The translations under genes were made by a program, and so were the position numbers. A stretch of 48,445 nt of DNA from Chthonomonas calidirosea (lineage in GTDB: Bacteria; Armatimonadota; Fimbriimonadia; Fimbriimonadales; Fimbriimonadaceae): positions 1-48,445 of the forward strand of contig CAMAPH010000020.1 of assembly GCA_945859975.1 (NCBI GenBank), given 5' to 3'. Numbering within the stretch: position 1 is the stretch's first letter; every line of letters starts with the position of its first letter. Below, piece after piece: positions 1 through 9,292 of this stretch. The notes under the pieces are model-generated. The model was not told the origin of the DNA. It saw only the letters and a program-made list of their open reading frames with translations, and did no database searches.

Positions 1-155
1 ATGCCGCCCTGAGCGCACACGCTGTGCGATCGCTTGACCGGCACGATGCTGAAGAGCTTGACCTTGTGCCCGGCCTCCGCCAACTTCATCGTGGTCATCA
101 GGCCCGCGAGCCCTCCGCCTACTACTACAACCGTTCGCTGTCCTGCCAGTGCCAC
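1..155 (-). CDS. sdhA: Succinate dehydrogenase/fumarate reductase flavoprotein subunit, N-terminal part (runs off the window)
   Basis: Not in the ORF track. Manual translation from GTG 155 gives MALAGQRTVVVVGGGLAGLMTTMKLAEAGHKVKLFSIVPVKRSHSVCAQGG, with the FAD GxGxxG motif and the RSHSxxAQGG covalent-FAD His motif of Bacillus-type SdhA. Confidence 0.92.
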   Translation of the reverse strand, partial: MALAGQRTVVVVGGGLAGLMTTMKLAEAGHKVKLFSIVPVKRSHSVCAQGG

Positions 156-255
156 AACGATATTCTACGCGAGGGGTTGCTTTCAGGTTTTGTTGAAACA
201 AGCAGTTTTTGGAGGCGAGACCGAGGTTATTGTCGGAACCGGGGAAATTCTCTGA

Positions 256-2658
256 TCAATTGCGGGCGGTGCTAAAGCGCATGCGCAAGAGACTCTTGAT
301 CTGGATGAGCGTAAACCCGACGAGAATGCTCCCCATCACCCAAGCGGCGGCGGTCGCGTAGCCGAACTTTAGGAACATGAAGGCGTTCTGCCAGACCTCG
401 AGACCGATGGTCCGAGTGGAGTTGAGCGGCCCGCCTTGGGTTAGGACAAACACATTCTCCATCGCCTTGAATCCGGCGATGAATACACCCAACAGATTGA
501 TGAGTACCAATGGCTTGATGCCGGGAAGCGTGATGTACCGAATCTTTTCAAGCCAAGAAGCTCCATCGATATCGGCAGCCTCGTACCGCTCGGGGGCAAT
601 GTTCTTAAGCGCGGCCAAATACAAGATCGACCCCGCTCCGGCTCCGGCCCAAATCCCCGGCAAAACCACCGCGAACATTGCGAGTTGCGGACTTCCGAGC
701 CAGTCGTTCGCGGTTGGAATCGGGCCGTTGCCGAGCTTCATCCAAAGCGGATTGATGGCTTCGATAAAGGGTTTTAGGATCGTGTTGAGCAGTCCGGTAT
801 CGCTTTTCTCGTAAAACTGCCGCCAAACGAGGGACACCACGATGGCGCTCGTCATGGCGGGCAGATAAAAGATCGTTCGGAAGAGAACGGTAAACCGCGG
901 AATCTCATTGAGCGCGATCGCGAGAATGATCGGTAGGAAGAACCCGATGACCAGACTCAGGGCGACGTAAACGAAGCTGTTCCAAACGCTTTGGTAGAAC
1001 ACCGGCTGGCTGAAGACGCCGATGAAGTTATCGAGTCCAACCCAAGACGCGCCGCCAATGAGCTTGTAATCCTGGAACGCAATCACCAATCCCCGGCCAA
1101 GTGGATAGTAGGCCCAGGTGAAAATGCTAAGGGCGGCGGGCAAGAGACAAGCGATTAGGAAGGACCAGATTTGCGAACGCGGAATGCCAGCTGGCAGCCG
1201 TTCGATGACCTCGACGGCATTTCGGCGTTGCCAGAACCTCACCGAGAATCCGGTGCCGACGATGGCAAGCACGGCCAAGATTCCGGCCGCCCAGCCGCGT
1301 TTCGTCGCCATTTCTTCGGGAGGAATAAAGCCTAGGAGTTTCTGGTCCATCTCCTTTTGCGTTTCGGCGAGGATGTCCTTTGCGGGACGATCTGGCTCGA
1401 GCCGTGCCCGGTCGAGCGCAGCGTTAAGAACTTCATAAACCTGCTGGCAGTTTCGGCCGTATGGCTCGGGGTGACCGGTTTGGAATAGTTCTCGGTTCGC
1501 TTTGACATAGCTGGGATCGACTTGCGAGAGGTAGTCGTCGTAGCCAAACTTCTCCAGCCAGACCGGGTTCACGAGATTTCCGATTCCGAGCTCGACGCAC
1601 TTCTGCGTGTTCACCCGCGCGGCTTCGTCTCCGGCGAAGAACTTGATAAATCGCCAGCACGCATCAAGCTTCTTCGGGTCCTTCACCCGGGACGAGATGG
1701 CCCACATTCCGGCGTTGATCTCGTTGCTGCGTCCGGCAGGTCCGGCGGGTAAGGCGCTGACGCCGATGACGCTCGGGCTGAGGTCGCTCTGGTTGAGCAC
1801 AACGTCGTTGGTGTAGCCGAACCACATCGCCATTTTGCCGGTGTTGATGTCTGTTGTGAAATCGGTGGCAAGGTGCGCGACCGGGCCAGTTCCGTCTTTC
1901 TGCTTGAGAAAGAGCTTTCGGAAGAATTCCACCGCAAGCTCGCCCCCCTTGGAATTAATCTTGGATTGCCAGACTCCAGATTCGGTTGGGGCAACAACTT
2001 CGCCCCCGGCCTGATACAAAAAGTTCTGCCAGTGGTAGCTGGGCACCTGGCTGAGGGCATATCCGCTGCGGCCCGGCTTAGTGAGTTTTAGGCAGTATTC
2101 GTAGAACTGATCCCAGGTTTCGGGTGGCTTGGCCGGGTCGAGTCCGACTTCGAGAAAGAAGTCTTTTCGGTAGTAAAGCGCGATGGCAACCTGGAAAAAC
2201 GGGATCGCGTACGATTTGCCATCGAAGCTCTTGAGGACCTTCAGCACCGTCGGATTGACCCGGGCCATTACCTCCGGGTCTTGGGCGATCAGGTCATCGA
2301 CGGGGCGACAAAAGCCTTGTTCGACGAAGGTGTAGTACTGCCGGAAGTTGACGTAAAAGACGTCCGGGGCTCGGTCGCCCGCCATCGACATCAGGAACAT
2401 GTTGTCGGCCTGCGGCCCGACGAGATTTAGTCCCCCGGCGTTCACGACGCGTACGTCTGGGTTTGTGCGATGGAACTCTTCAAAGACCGCCCGTCGAATC
2501 TGGGCGGTCGTGGCAGTGGCTTCTTTCGGTGGGATTCCGTAGCCGGGACCGGCCATCATCCGGATCTCGGTGGGAGCTTCCGCTTGCGCCAGCGCACTCG
2601 ATCCAAGTAGCAAACTGAGACCGGCAAGCAGGAACGATCGAAGTCGGGCCGAGATCAA
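256..2658 (-). CDS. Fused carbohydrate ABC transporter: extracellular solute-binding domain plus MalF/UgpA-type permease
   Basis: Signal peptide, family-1 SBP features (APDVFYV, YAIPF, LYYRKDFF, PPETWDQF), then TM helices and the EAA loop YEAADIDGASWLEKIRYITLP. Confidence 0.88.
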   Translation of the reverse strand: MISARLRSFLLAGLSLLLGSSALAQAEAPTEIRMMAGPGYGIPPKEATATTAQIRRAVFEEFHRTNPDVRVVNAGGLNLVGPQADNMFLMSMAGDRAPDVFYVNFRQYYTFVEQGFCRPVDDLIAQDPEVMARVNPTVLKVLKSFDGKSYAIPFFQVAIALYYRKDFFLEVGLDPAKPPETWDQFYEYCLKLTKPGRSGYALSQVPSYHWQNFLYQAGGEVVAPTESGVWQSKINSKGGELAVEFFRKLFLKQKDGTGPVAHLATDFTTDINTGKMAMWFGYTNDVVLNQSDLSPSVIGVSALPAGPAGRSNEINAGMWAISSRVKDPKKLDACWRFIKFFAGDEAARVNTQKCVELGIGNLVNPVWLEKFGYDDYLSQVDPSYVKANRELFQTGHPEPYGRNCQQVYEVLNAALDRARLEPDRPAKDILAETQKEMDQKLLGFIPPEEMATKRGWAAGILAVLAIVGTGFSVRFWQRRNAVEVIERLPAGIPRSQIWSFLIACLLPAALSIFTWAYYPLGRGLVIAFQDYKLIGGASWVGLDNFIGVFSQPVFYQSVWNSFVYVALSLVIGFFLPIILAIALNEIPRFTVLFRTIFYLPAMTSAIVVSLVWRQFYEKSDTGLLNTILKPFIEAINPLWMKLGNGPIPTANDWLGSPQLAMFAVVLPGIWAGAGAGSILYLAALKNIAPERYEAADIDGASWLEKIRYITLPGIKPLVLINLLGVFIAGFKAMENVFVLTQGGPLNSTRTIGLEVWQNAFMFLKFGYATAAAWVMGSILVGFTLIQIKSLLRMRFSTARN

Positions 2659-3000
2659 CGTAGCGACATTCTACTGGACGCATCCCTGACCTGCTGAGAT
2701 GAAATTCAGGGTCCAGAAATAGAACTGGCCGATGCCAAAAAGACATCGACCAGAATCTGCGATGTTTGTCGTAAGCGAGGCGCTACTTCAAACAAGGATA
2801 TGAGGCTATTTATGGAATCCAGTATCGAGTTGGTTTCGTCAATGTTTTATCCCGACAGAGGAAAAGCGATCTGCAAAAGCAGAAATCAAAAGCCGCAAAC
2901 TCTGCGACAAATTGTTGGTGTGAGCCTCATTGCCAACTCCTGACAAGAAACAGGCTAGTGGATTTTGTTCCCAAAATTCGTGTCACAAATTTCCATTACA

Positions 3001-3047
3001 GTACACATGTCTACGCCTGGCTTCAAATATTCAGAAAATATGTATTC
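3001..3047. promoter_or_regulatory. Two near-palindromic operators upstream of recA (candidate SOS/LexA boxes)
   Basis: GTACACATGTCTAC (3001-3014) and GAAAATATGTATTC (3034-3047) share GWA-N-AYATGT-N-TWC in the AT-rich recA upstream region. Confidence 0.4.
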
Positions 3048-3081
3048 TTTTGTCTAGCATTTTTATTTTTTCTTTGGTAAA

Positions 3082-4188
3082 GTGAGTGAAGAGGAACCCG
3101 TGAGAAAGGCAGCCGCGAATTCAGAAGTTAACGTTGACAAGTCCGACCGAGAGAAGGCTTTAGAAGCCGCCCTTGGCCAGGTTGAGCGATCATTCGGAAA
3201 GGGCGCGGTCATGCGCATGGGCGATACCAGCCGGGTTGGAATTGAAGCAATTCCGACCGGGTCACTTTCCTTGGATATGGCTCTCGGCATCGGCGGACTT
3301 CCCCGCGGACGAATCACGGAAATCTACGGACCAGAATCTGGTGGTAAATCGACCCTCGCTCTTCACTGCGTAGCCGAAGCTCAAAAGCTTGGCGGACTTG
3401 CGCTATACGTGGATGCCGAGCACGCGCTTGACACCGAGTACGCCCGGACCCTTGGCGTCGACGTGGATCGACTCTACATCTCTCAGCCAAGCAACGGAGA
3501 AGAAGCCCTCGAAATCGCCGACGCTATCACCAAGTCGGGTGCTATCGACATCGTCGTTATCGACTCGGTTGCTGCCCTCGTTCCGAAGGCAGAAATCGAA
3601 GGCGAGATGGGCGACACGTTCGTCGGCATCCAGGCCCGAATGATGAGCCAAGCCCTGCGAAAGCTTGGTGGAACGCTCAACAAGTCCCGCACCGCGGCCA
3701 TCTTCATCAACCAGCTTCGAGAGAAGATTGGCGTGATGTACGGCAACCCCGAAACAACGCCTGGCGGCCGAGCCCTCAAGTTCTGGGCAAGCGTTCGGCT
3801 TGAAGTTCGAAAGGGCGATGCGATCAAAACGGGAACGGACCAGATTGGTGCCCGAACCAAGGTCAAGGTCGTGAAAAACAAGGTGGCTCCACCGTTCAAG
3901 ACGGCGGAGTTCGACATGATTTTCGGCAAGGGAATCAGCCGCGCCGGTGACGTTCTCGACATGGCTGCCCTCAAAGGCATCATCCAGAAGTCAGGAACCT
4001 ACTTCAACTACGGCGAGATCCGACTTGGCCAGGGCCGAGACAACGCCCGAAACTTCTTGGAATCTCATCCTGAGGTCTTTACCGAAATCGATAAGAAAGT
4101 CCGTGAAATGTTCTTGGCAGAAATGGCGAAGTTGCCACCGGAGCCAGTGAGCGAGGACGAACCGCTAGACGAAGATCTCGGCCTATAG
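3082..4188 (+). CDS. recA: Recombinase RecA
   Basis: Motifs GPESGGKST (Walker A), [33 protein letters not shown] and KNKVAPPF. Alternative start is GTG 3100 after GAGGA. Confidence 0.99.
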   Translation: MSEEEPVRKAAANSEVNVDKSDREKALEAALGQVERSFGKGAVMRMGDTSRVGIEAIPTGSLSLDMALGIGGLPRGRITEIYGPESGGKSTLALHCVAEAQKLGGLALYVDAEHALDTEYARTLGVDVDRLYISQPSNGEEALEIADAITKSGAIDIVVIDSVAALVPKAEIEGEMGDTFVGIQARMMSQALRKLGGTLNKSRTAAIFINQLREKIGVMYGNPETTPGGRALKFWASVRLEVRKGDAIKTGTDQIGARTKVKVVKNKVAPPFKTAEFDMIFGKGISRAGDVLDMAALKGIIQKSGTYFNYGEIRLGQGRDNARNFLESHPEVFTEIDKKVREMFLAEMAKLPPEPVSEDEPLDEDLGL

Positions 4189-4206
4189 GCTCGGTAACCG
4201 TTCTTC

Positions 4207-4638
4207 ATGGACCAAACCTACGAAGAAAGTCTTCGCCGGGTGATGCTTCGGCTATCGCGCGGCGATTTGACCGAGGCGGAAGCTCGTCGCCTGACGGGCC
4301 GCGACGATGTTGTTGAGCACCTGCGAGAAAAGCGGTTGCTCAACGACCATCGGGTGGCCGAGGCGCTGATCCACCGGTGGTCAGGGCGGAACATGCGCGG
4401 CCGAACCTGGCTTCAGTCCGAGTTCGAGCGGCGGGATATTCCTTCCTCCATCGCTGGACCCCTGCTAGAGAATCTGCCTAGCGACTTCGATCGGGCAAAT
4501 GAACTGCTTGGTCTGGTTCGAAAACCAGATGCGGTTCGCAAAGCGCGCTTTTTGGCATCGAGAGGGTTTGCCGAAGAAGTAATCGACTCAGTTCTCGGCG
4601 ATAGTCTCCGAGAGGCCTCCGACTGGCGTCACAATTGA
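4207..4638 (+). CDS. recX: Regulatory protein RecX (short form)
   Basis: Directly follows recA. Contains the RecX-like motifs LLNDHRVA, RGRTWLQSEF and RFLASRGF. Confidence 0.85.
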   Translation: MDQTYEESLRRVMLRLSRGDLTEAEARRLTGRDDVVEHLREKRLLNDHRVAEALIHRWSGRNMRGRTWLQSEFERRDIPSSIAGPLLENLPSDFDRANELLGLVRKPDAVRKARFLASRGFAEEVIDSVLGDSLREASDWRHN

Positions 4639-4642
4639 ATCT

Positions 4643-6121
4643 ATGAATCCCGTAATGGAAGGATTGGTGGCCGGTGTGGTCAGCGGCTCGGCCATTGTTT
4701 ACGGGATTTACACCGTGCTGTCGAAGTCTGCACGACAGCAGATCGCCACCGTAAAGTCGGAGACTGAGCAAGAAATCAGCCGCATCCGCGCGGAAGCCCA
4801 AGCGTTTTCTCAAGAGCGAGCGGTCAGCTTGCAGAAAGCAGAAGATCGTCTGGATGCGCGTGAAGCATCGCTCGACGAACGATGGAAACAGATTGATGCT
4901 CGCGAGGAAGCCTTTGTTCTCGAATCCAAAACGCTGATTGATCGCGAGGAGAACATTGAGCGGCAACGGCGACAAGTCGAGGAGGAACTCGCGCGGGTAG
5001 CAAACCTCACCAAGACCCAAGCGCGCGACCTGTATCTCAAGCGGATCGAAGGCGAGTTCCGAGATATGGCGCTGAGGCGGGCGAAGGAAGTTGAAGAACA
5101 AACCGCTTCTGAACTTAACCGGCAGGCAAAGAAGGTATTGCTCGACGTCATGCAGCGCACGGTGGTCGACTACCTAACGGAGGCGACGCTTGCCGTCATC
5201 GAACTTCCCACCGAAGACATGAAGGGCCGGCTGATTGGCCGAGAGGGCCGTAACATCCGCGCCTTTGAGCAGGTGACGGGGGTTGACCTGATCATCGATG
5301 AGACTCCGGAAGCGGTTGTGATCTCGTGCTTTGACCCCGTTCGGCGAGAAACGGCACGCCTCACGCTGATCAACTTGATGATGGATGGCCGCATCCACCC
5401 GGGCCGAATCGAGGAGCTGTTCGAAAAAGCTACTGCCGAAGTCAATCGGATCGTGGTTGAAGCCGGGGAGCGCGCCGCCGAGCGGGCCAACGTTACCGGT
5501 TTGCCCGCGAAGCTGATCGAGACCATGGGCAAGTTGCGGTTCCGAACAAGCTACGCGCAGAACGTGCTGGATCACTCGGTTGAGGTTGCTCGGCTGTCCG
5601 AATCACTTGCCTTCGAGCTCGGGCTCAACGCCGAGATCGCGAAGCGCGCCGGGTTCCTCCATGACATCGGCAAAGCGCTCGGACCCGAGTACGAGGGTCC
5701 GCACGCTCTCACCGGCATGGAGTTCCTCCGCGTTGCGGGTGAGCGCGAATCGGTGCTCCACGCGGTCGGGGCGCATCACCACGATATCGAACCCTCATCG
5801 CCGGAGGCCATTCTGGTCATCCTTGCCGACACGATCAGTGCTGCCCGACCTGGAGCGCGTCGAGAAAGCCTCGACAACTACATCAAACGACTGAGCGCGC
5901 TCGAAACGATCGCAAACGGGTTCCCCGGCGTCGATCGTAGCTTCGCCGTGCAAGCGGGCCGGGAAATTCGGTTGATCGTCAAACCGGAATTGATTGACGA
6001 TCTAGCCGCCAAACGCCTTGCGCACGACGTCGCCCGTCGAATCGAAAAGGAACTCGACTTCCCCGGGCAAATTCGGGTGACGGTGATCCGGGAAACCCGA
6101 ATGACCGAGATCGCGAAGTAA
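4643..6121 (+). CDS. rny: Ribonuclease Y
   Basis: N-terminal TM segment, coiled coil, KH domain (MKGRLIGREGRNIRAFE), HD domain (LDHS...LHDIGK) and ADTISAARPGARRE. Confidence 0.97.
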   Translation: MNPVMEGLVAGVVSGSAIVYGIYTVLSKSARQQIATVKSETEQEISRIRAEAQAFSQERAVSLQKAEDRLDAREASLDERWKQIDAREEAFVLESKTLIDREENIERQRRQVEEELARVANLTKTQARDLYLKRIEGEFRDMALRRAKEVEEQTASELNRQAKKVLLDVMQRTVVDYLTEATLAVIELPTEDMKGRLIGREGRNIRAFEQVTGVDLIIDETPEAVVISCFDPVRRETARLTLINLMMDGRIHPGRIEELFEKATAEVNRIVVEAGERAAERANVTGLPAKLIETMGKLRFRTSYAQNVLDHSVEVARLSESLAFELGLNAEIAKRAGFLHDIGKALGPEYEGPHALTGMEFLRVAGERESVLHAVGAHHHDIEPSSPEAILVILADTISAARPGARRESLDNYIKRLSALETIANGFPGVDRSFAVQAGREIRLIVKPELIDDLAAKRLAHDVARRIEKELDFPGQIRVTVIRETRMTEIAK

Positions 6122-6148
6122 GCCCCAGCGGCCAAGAACGTCATACTG

Positions 6149-6934
6149 TTGTTCTTGGCGACGTTCACAATTCTCTTTCTTGGCGACATCGTGGGTGAAG
6201 TTGGGCGGAACATTGTTCAACGCTATCTTCCCTCGCTCAAGTCGACCCACAAGCCGCTGTTCACGATTGTGAACGGCGAAAACACTGCTGCGGGGATTGG
6301 AATCACGCCGAAAATTGCGGATCAGATTTTTGACTGGGGAGTGGACGCGATTACCCTGGGCAACCACTCGTTCAACAAGCGAGAGATCGGGCCGTACCTA
6401 GATCAAGAGCCGAACATTCTTCGGCCAATCAACTTTTCCGCGCGTTTGCCGGGGCACGGCACGACGGTTCTGGAAAGCGACGGCGTGACTCTAACGGTCG
6501 CGAATGTGAGCGGTCGCGTGGGCATGGACCCAGTTTATGACGATCCGTTCATGGCGGTAGATCGAATCTGCGAGACCTCACCGGGCTTCATCTTCATCGA
6601 CTTTCATGGAGAGGCGACCAGCGAGAAGGTGGCGATGGGTTGGCACTGCGACGGTCGCGCCTGCGCGGTAGTCGGAACCCACACTCACGTTCAAACCGCG
6701 GATGAAAGAGTGCTTCCGCAAGGGACGGCGTACATTACGGACGTTGGCATGTGCGGACCGCTGAACGGGGTGCTCGGAATGGACCGCGACATCATCCTCC
6801 GTCGATTTCGGGGCGATCTTCCGGAACGATTTGAAGTTGCTGGCGGGCCCGGTGTAATCTGTGGTGTCGTTATAAACGTCGAAAGAAGTACAGGACGAGC
6901 GATGCGCATTGAGCGCATCCGAATTGGAGAATAA
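6149..6934 (+). CDS. ymdB: YmdB/TIGR00282 family metallophosphoesterase
   Basis: Motifs LGDIVG, NGEN, TLGNH, DFHGEATSEK, GTHTHVQTAD and TDVGMCG, in the usual position after rny. Probable start is TTG 6155. Confidence 0.95.
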   Translation: MFLATFTILFLGDIVGEVGRNIVQRYLPSLKSTHKPLFTIVNGENTAAGIGITPKIADQIFDWGVDAITLGNHSFNKREIGPYLDQEPNILRPINFSARLPGHGTTVLESDGVTLTVANVSGRVGMDPVYDDPFMAVDRICETSPGFIFIDFHGEATSEKVAMGWHCDGRACAVVGTHTHVQTADERVLPQGTAYITDVGMCGPLNGVLGMDRDIILRRFRGDLPERFEVAGGPGVICGVVINVERSTGRAMRIERIRIGE

Positions 6935-6937
6935 ACA

Positions 6938-7930
6938 ATGGGACTTGGAATCGTAATTTCAGTAATCGCACTCACCTCGATGGGTACGCAAGGCAGCGAA
7001 GTGCTTTACACGCCGGTTCGGGAAATTAAGGACCAGAACATCTCGGTCAAGGGCTGGGGCAGCGGCGTCATTTCCGAAACCGACGAAGTGGCTTACGAAG
7101 GAACTCGATCCATTCGAATCTCCACCCGAAACTTCTTCCAGGGCGGTCAGATCAACTTTGGCAGTCCGGTGGACTTGGCCAAGGCCCAGACGAACAAGAA
7201 CAATCTTTTCCGCCTGATCTATCGACCGGTTGATTCTGGTGCGATGGGCACCGGAGCAGGCGGCGCGAATCGCCCTGGTTCGGGAACTGGCGGTAGTCGA
7301 CCCGGCGGCGGCGTTCCGGGTGGAGGCTTCCCAGGTGGCGGTGTCCCTGGCGGCGGCCAGTTCGGCGGCGGCGGCGCTCCTGGTGGTTTTGGCGGCGCAG
7401 CGGCCGGAGCTCCACCGAGCTTCAAGATGATCCGCGTGATCATCACCACGACCGACGGCAAGAAATCGGAAGCCTACATTCCAACCAACACGTCGTCTTC
7501 AGCCGGCGAACGCGGATGGCGAACGGTTTCGGTTCCACTTCAGGCAATCTCCGGCTTCGATCGCACGAACAAAGTGATCAACCAGATTGGCCTCTCGGCC
7601 GACACGACCACCACGTTTTACGTGGGTGACCTCCGGGTTGTGAGCGACTCCACTCCGATTCGTGCAGAAATCACGCCCAAGTCGTTCAACCGAGAGCTCG
7701 GCGCAGAGATGATCTTTGGCGCTCGTGGCGAAGGCGGATCGAGCATTCTGAAGTACACGTGGGACTTCGACGACACCGATGGATCGGACGAGAACGTTGA
7801 CTCTGAAGGTCAGTACGTCAAGCGCAAGTTCCGAAAGGCGGGCTCCTATACGATCACGATCACGGTGAGCGACTACTTCGGCCTGAAAGAGAAGTACAAA
7901 ACGTCCATCAAGGGCGTTATCAACGGCTAA
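6938..7930 (+). CDS. Exported protein with a carbohydrate-binding-like domain, a Gly-rich insert and a C-terminal PKD domain
   Basis: Hydrophobic N-terminus, GGG(V/F)PGG repeats, and the PKD signature YTWDFDD...KFRKAGSYTITITVSD. Confidence 0.7.
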   Translation: MGLGIVISVIALTSMGTQGSEVLYTPVREIKDQNISVKGWGSGVISETDEVAYEGTRSIRISTRNFFQGGQINFGSPVDLAKAQTNKNNLFRLIYRPVDSGAMGTGAGGANRPGSGTGGSRPGGGVPGGGFPGGGVPGGGQFGGGGAPGGFGGAAAGAPPSFKMIRVIITTTDGKKSEAYIPTNTSSSAGERGWRTVSVPLQAISGFDRTNKVINQIGLSADTTTTFYVGDLRVVSDSTPIRAEITPKSFNRELGAEMIFGARGEGGSSILKYTWDFDDTDGSDENVDSEGQYVKRKFRKAGSYTITITVSDYFGLKEKYKTSIKGVING

Positions 7931-7944
7931 GTCCGTGAGCTTTC

Positions 7945-7975
7945 GGGTCGCAGGAGTATCTCCTGCGACCCTTTT
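7945..7975 (+). terminator. Rho-independent terminator
   Basis: GGGTCGCAGGAG-TAT-CTCCTGCGACCC, a perfect 12-bp stem followed by TTTT, 14 nt after the stop codon. Confidence 0.85.
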
Positions 7976-7981
7976 CTATTC

Positions 7982-8437
7982 ATGAAAGTCGGAATTGAGA
8001 TCAAGAACGCCCTTCTTGCGGATCTGGTCGTGCTTCACCTCTCCTCGCACGGACACTCGCCGACCTTCGTAACCTCCGAGCCGAATTTGGATGTCATCGT
8101 GACGGACGGCGCTCCGTCGCATCCGAAAGCAAGACACGTTCGGATTGATGCCAACACCACTTTGGCGGCCCTCGATGCTCAGCTCGCCTCTCATTCTTCA
8201 GCGGTTAGGTCTCCTTCGGCCGCGTACGATTCAGCAATTCCCCTCACCGCCCGGCAGCTCGCCGTCGCTCGATTGGTTGCCGCGGGCCTGAGCAATCGGA
8301 GCATCGCGGAAGCAACGGACCTTCGGGAGCAAAGCGTGAAGAACTTGGTGAGCCAAATCATGGATCGATTGGGCTGCCGAAGCCGCGTTGAGGTTGCTCT
8401 GAAGCTGGCAAAAGAGGGCTCGTCCACGGCGTCCTAG
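7982..8437 (+). CDS. LuxR/NarL-type HTH transcriptional regulator with degenerate N-terminal domain
   Basis: C-terminal LTARQLAVARLVAAGLSNRSIA...SVKNLVSQIMDRLGCRSR matches the GerE/LuxR HTH. Confidence 0.85.
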   Translation: MKVGIEIKNALLADLVVLHLSSHGHSPTFVTSEPNLDVIVTDGAPSHPKARHVRIDANTTLAALDAQLASHSSAVRSPSAAYDSAIPLTARQLAVARLVAAGLSNRSIAEATDLREQSVKNLVSQIMDRLGCRSRVEVALKLAKEGSSTAS

Positions 8438-8463
8438 CGTAATCGAGCAAACTAGGAACACAA

Positions 8464-9267
8464 ATGCGCCAGCGCATCCTGACGGCAATACTAGCGATCC
8501 CTTTGGTATTGCTCCCGGTCATTGCGACCCCGCTGTGGAGCGTTGTTGGCGCCTCGTTTCTGATATTGTTTTTGGCCCACGGAGAGATTCGAAAGTTCGG
8601 CGACAAGGCGGCTTTTCCGATTCCCATTTTCGCTTCGCTGAGCCTATTGCTCGCGGGTTTATATCTCGACCGAATTCCAGACTGGAGCGTTTTTGTCGCC
8701 TTCGTGATTGGGATCATTGGTTCGTTGCTTTGGATCCGACTCCCAAAGGATGCGCCGCATTGGCAACGGTTCTTGCAGGCCGAATGGATCAGTACGGGCT
8801 GGATCGTCACAACCCTGGTTGCCTTCATCTTTGTCCATCGTCACGGCAACTTGACGATTCCCCTCGACTTCCGAACGCCGATTCTTTTCGGCTTCATTCC
8901 GATCTGGCTCGGCGACACCACGGCGATGATCGTTGGCAAGAAGTTTGGAAAGCACAAGCTTTGGGCAGAAGTCTCGCCAGGCAAAACTTGGGAAGGAGCG
9001 CTTGCAAACCTTTTTGCGAACATTCTAGGTGCCTATGGATTGGCGATGCTTACGGGCATGCCGACCAACATGGGCCTCGCGATTGGCGCGGCAACGGGGA
9101 TTTTGGGACAGATTGGCGACCTCTTCGAAAGTTGGCTCAAGCGCACGTCGGACCTCAAGGACAGCGGCACGCTTTTCCCTGGCCACGGCGGACTTTTGGA
9201 CCGATACGACAGCCTCGGCTTCTCCGCCATCGCCATCCTGGCGATCTTCAAACTGTTCGGAAAATGA
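8464..9267 (+). CDS. cdsA: Phosphatidate cytidylyltransferase
   Basis: Multi-TM protein with SPGKTWEG, GDLFESWLKR and KDSGTLFPGHGGLLDRYD. Confidence 0.95.
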   Translation: MRQRILTAILAIPLVLLPVIATPLWSVVGASFLILFLAHGEIRKFGDKAAFPIPIFASLSLLLAGLYLDRIPDWSVFVAFVIGIIGSLLWIRLPKDAPHWQRFLQAEWISTGWIVTTLVAFIFVHRHGNLTIPLDFRTPILFGFIPIWLGDTTAMIVGKKFGKHKLWAEVSPGKTWEGALANLFANILGAYGLAMLTGMPTNMGLAIGAATGILGQIGDLFESWLKRTSDLKDSGTLFPGHGGLLDRYDSLGFSAIAILAIFKLFGK

Positions 9268-9276
9268 GCCCTGACT

Positions 9277-9292
9277 TGTTTCACGTGAAACA
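9277..9292. promoter_or_regulatory. parS: parS centromere-like site (ParB/Spo0J binding)
   Basis: TGTTTCACGTGAAACA, an exact match to the canonical parS palindrome, in the cdsA-valS intergenic space. Confidence 0.92.

Noticed and set aside
2684..2705. CTGAGA and ACCTG words suggesting a TPP riboswitch
   Set aside because: The words are in the wrong order, the rest of the TPP consensus is missing, and no thiamine gene is adjacent.
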